Positions 61,348-64,000 of a DNA stretch of 64,000 bases are shown here, piece after piece. A program made the translations under genes and the position numbers. Position 1 is the stretch's first letter; each line of letters opens with the position of its first letter. Under the pieces are notes generated by a model. That model was not told the origin of the DNA, searched no databases, and saw nothing but the letters and a program-made list of their open reading frames with translations. The DNA is from Betaproteobacteria bacterium (GTDB taxonomy: Bacteria; Pseudomonadota; Gammaproteobacteria; Burkholderiales; Rhodocyclaceae). Location of the stretch: positions 3,072 through 67,071 of the forward strand of contig VEPL01000001.1 in assembly GCA_012026885.1 (NCBI GenBank), read 5' to 3'.

Positions 61348-62681
61348 CGGTTCTTCTCACGGATGCCCGCGTAGAGCGCTTCGAGCTCGGCGCGCGGCAG
61401 CTTCCCGACCGGGTTGCGCGGCAAGCCCTGAAGCAGGACGAGCGGGCGGGGCAGGAAGACGGGGTCGATGCGCTCGCGCAGTGCCCGCAGCAGCGTGCGC
61501 GCGTCGAGCTCCGGCGCGACGACGAAGGCCGCGAGACGCGCAGTGCCGCCGTCCGCTTCGCCGGGGAAATAAAAAGCGGCGTCGCGGACGCCCGGGATGG
61601 CGGCGATCTGGTGGTCGAGCCAGGCGAGCGAGGTGCGCTTGCCGGCAATGTTGATCAGGTCGGCATGGCGGCCGGCGAGCAGGAAGCGGCCGTCGGGCTG
61701 CAGTTCGATGTGATCGGAGAGCGGCACCCTGCCCTCGACGTGGCCGCCGCTGGCAATCGTGAAATCGCCCTCCAAACACAGGGTAACCCCGGGCAGCGGC
61801 TCCCACGCCGGGCCGGCGACGGTCCGCCGGCTGGCAATCTGGCCGCTCTCGGTACTGCCGTAGATCTCGTGCAGCGGCGCCCCGCAGCGCTCTTCAGCGG
61901 TCGCCGCCAGCGCCGCGGCAAGCGGCGCCGTGGCCGAGAGGATCAGGTCGACCGATGGCAGTGCGACCCCGGCATCGAGCAGCGCGGTCAGGTGCAGCGG
62001 CGTCGTCACCAGCAGGCGCGGCGCCGGCACGGCGGCCAGTGCACCGGCCACGTCCTGCGGGTAGAACGGCCGTCCGGACCAGAACGGGCAGCCGGCATGC
62101 AGGGCGAGCAGGAAGGTCGATTCGAAGCCGTAGGAGTGCTGGACCGGCACCGTGCCGACGATGGCGTGCGGGCATTCGGCGAGCCCGAGCCGGGTCGCTT
62201 CCGCCTGCCCGTTGAAGACCAGCCGGCCCCAGGTCTTGGCATGGGGCTGCGGCCGGCCAGTCGAACCGGAGGTGAACAGCACGGCGGCAACCGCTTCTGC
62301 CGGGATGACGGGGATATCACAGGCGCTGTCGCGGTCGACCGCCGAAAGGTCGGGAAAATCGAGGCGCGGCAGGTCGAGGCTGGCGAACGGGCCGTCAGCC
62401 AGGCAGGCGAGGTCCGGATAATCGGCCTGCAGCTGGCGCAGCGTCTCGGGCGTCTGCGACGACGGCTGCAGGCTGACCTTGCCGGCGATCAGCCCGGCGG
62501 CGAAGCCGACCGCGAACCGGTAGCGGTCGCTGCAGACGTTGAGCAGGTAACGGCCATTCGGCAGCTGGTCGGCCAGGGCGCGTGCCTCGGCCAGGAAGCG
62601 TCCGGCGCTGACCGGGCCGTCCGGGCGCAGGGCGAACAGTGCGTCGGGCGTGGCATGGCAGAGCAGCGGCAGGGCACTCAT
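61344..62681 (-). CDS. AMP-dependent synthetase/ligase (aryl starter-unit activating enzyme)
   Basis: 445-aa ORF with adenylation motifs LFTSGSTGRPQ, YGSTESG and GRHADLINIAGKR. Confidence 0.85.
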   Translation of the reverse strand: MSALPLLCHATPDALFALRPDGPVSAGRFLAEARALADQLPNGRYLLNVCSDRYRFAVGFAAGLIAGKVSLQPSSQTPETLRQLQADYPDLACLADGPFASLDLPRLDFPDLSAVDRDSACDIPVIPAEAVAAVLFTSGSTGRPQPHAKTWGRLVFNGQAEATRLGLAECPHAIVGTVPVQHSYGFESTFLLALHAGCPFWSGRPFYPQDVAGALAAVPAPRLLVTTPLHLTALLDAGVALPSVDLILSATAPLAAALAATAEERCGAPLHEIYGSTESGQIASRRTVAGPAWEPLPGVTLCLEGDFTIASGGHVEGRVPLSDHIELQPDGRFLLAGRHADLINIAGKRTSLAWLDHQIAAIPGVRDAAFYFPGEADGGTARLAAFVVAPELDARTLLRALRERIDPVFLPRPLVLLQGLPRNPVGKLPRAELEALYAGIREKNR

Positions 62682-63343
62682 GGCTTGCCTGCGGAACCGG
62701 GATGCCCGCGCATGGCCGCCCGATAGCCGCGGATCGTGTCGGCAACGCTCGACGAATCGCCGGGCGGCAGGACGCGCTGGCGGACCAGGTGCTCAGCCGC
62801 GAACATCGTGGCGACGAGCGGCAGCGTAAGGAAGTTGGCGAAGACCGACCAGGTTGCGGTCGGCGCGAAAAGGAAGAGAGCGGCCGAGATCGTCGCGCAG
62901 GCTAGGAAGAACAGCGTCCACGCGAGCGTCACCGAACGGGTGTAGCGCTCCTTGGTGGCCGACACGTCGCCGCCGTGGGCGAGGCGGGCGAAGCGCGTGA
63001 CCAGTGGCACTTCTCCCCGCCGCAGCGTCAGTCCGAACAGCGCGGCGAGCGCGAGGTTGGTGCCGAGGTGCTGCAGGAAGTAGAGCCAGGCGACGTGTTC
63101 GCGCAGAAGGGGCCAAAGCCATGCGGCGAGAACGGCCAGCGCCAGTCCGGTCACGGCGGCGATTGCCGGGCGCAGCCGCCAAAGAAGGATGATCGCCAAG
63201 GCGGCGAGCGGTCCGAGCGCCACGGCGACGGCGAGGTCGCGGTGGCCGTTACCGGCACTGGCGAGATGCGCGGCGACGGCCCAGCCGACGACCAGGATGG
63301 CGATGCCGAGACCGCGCAGCAGCCCGGCTGCGCCGGAAATCAT
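62678..63343 (-). CDS. Integral membrane protein of unknown function (polyene cluster)
   Basis: Start at MISGAAGLLRGLGIAILVVGW (cat 63341-63343, ATGA with the ACP stop). About 6 hydrophobic segments. The upstream part of the listed 435-aa ORF is artefact. Confidence 0.55.
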   Translation of the reverse strand: MISGAAGLLRGLGIAILVVGWAVAAHLASAGNGHRDLAVAVALGPLAALAIILLWRLRPAIAAVTGLALAVLAAWLWPLLREHVAWLYFLQHLGTNLALAALFGLTLRRGEVPLVTRFARLAHGGDVSATKERYTRSVTLAWTLFFLACATISAALFLFAPTATWSVFANFLTLPLVATMFAAEHLVRQRVLPPGDSSSVADTIRGYRAAMRGHPGSAGKP

Positions 63344-63624
63344 TTCGTGCGCTGGGCCGCGATGTGCCCGGCGAGGGCGCGCAGCGAACCGAAGATGCGC
63401 ACGTTGTCCTCGTTGTCGGACTTGAGCTGGAAGCCGTAGCGCTTGGAAATGACCAGCGCCAGTTCGAGGATGTCGATCGAGTCGAGGCCGAGGCCGTCGC
63501 CGAACAGCGGAGCATCGGGTGCGATGTCGCCGGGAGCCGTGTCGAGATTGAGGGCGCTGACGATCAGTTCGGCGACTTCCGGCAGCAGGGCTTCGACGGT
63601 TTCCGGGGCGGTGGCTTGGGACAT
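63340..63624 (-). CDS. Acyl carrier protein
   Basis: 94 aa with the phosphopantetheine attachment motif GLGLDSIDILEL. Confidence 0.88.
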   Translation of the reverse strand: MSQATAPETVEALLPEVAELIVSALNLDTAPGDIAPDAPLFGDGLGLDSIDILELALVISKRYGFQLKSDNEDNVRIFGSLRALAGHIAAQRTK

Positions 63625-63644
63625 GGCGGCGCTTTCTTGGGAGG

Positions 63645-64000
63645 TCAGGCGGCGCGGAACGCGAGGACCGCGTTGCTGCCGCCGAAGGCGAAGGAGTTGG
63701 ACAGGGCGGCGCGCAACCGCCGGTCGCGGCGCGCGGAAAGGACATGGTCGACCCCGGCGCAGGCCGGATCGAGGTTGCCGGCGAGGTTGGCGGTGGGCGG
63801 GATGGCCTGCTCACGCAGCGCGAGCACCGTGGCGATCGCCTCGATGGCGCCGGCGGCGCCGAGCAGGTGGCCGTGCATCGACTTGGTGGCGCTGACCGGC
63901 AAAGCCGCCGCGCGTTGACCGAAAACGGCCTGCAGGGCGGCCACTTCGACCGGGTCACCCTCGGCGGTGGCGGTGCCGTGGGCATTGACGTAGTCGATGT
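63645..64000 (-). CDS. Beta-ketoacyl-ACP synthase, C-terminal part (5' end beyond the window)
   Basis: The frame stays open to 64000. It reads ...VNAHGTATAEGD...SATKSMHGHLLGAAGAIEA...NSFAFGGSNAVL. Confidence 0.85.
   Translation of the reverse strand, partial: IDYVNAHGTATAEGDPVEVAALQAVFGQRAAALPVSATKSMHGHLLGAAGAIEAIATVLALREQAIPPTANLAGNLDPACAGVDHVLSARRDRRLRAALSNSFAFGGSNAVLAFRAA

Overview
High-GC proteobacterial chromosome segment. Gene order looks betaproteobacterial, possibly Rhodocyclales-like, but that is inference only. It spans the replication-origin neighbourhood, with dnaA-dnaN-gyrB on the minus strand diverging from rpmH-rnpA-yidD-yidC-mnmE on the plus strand.

Left third (1-25.7 kb) is core housekeeping: trkH/trkA, an NtrY/NtrX-like two-component pair, DUF4390, rsmB, fmt/def, a LysM protein, dprA, topB, oxyR, rsuA, ybiT, gshA/gshB, apbE, a sirtuin and dtd.

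Right half (36.6-64 kb) is accessory. It holds a xanthomonadin-like, probably halogenated, aryl-polyene lipid biosynthetic cluster in two blocks:
- a plus-strand block, 37.4-46.0 kb;
- a minus-strand block, 50.5 kb to beyond the window end.

The blocks are separated by about 4.4 kb of unrelated genes of unknown function, including a visibly lower-GC DUF805 gene.

Signals not explained by genes:
- an exact 14-mer (GTTCCACGTGAAAC and its reverse complement) present four times, plus one perfectly palindromic variant, always at gene ends;
- a 159-bp imperfect palindromic element inside the cluster;
- a possible terminator-bounded sRNA at 16.9-17.1 kb;
- an attenuator-like hairpin inside the start of rnpA;
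- DnaA-box-like motifs concentrated between dnaA and dnaN.

I saw no rRNA, tRNA, CRISPR array, transposase or integrase. Many long ORFs in the supplied track are antisense or alternate-frame artefacts of the high GC content, and several real genes start well inside the listed ORFs.
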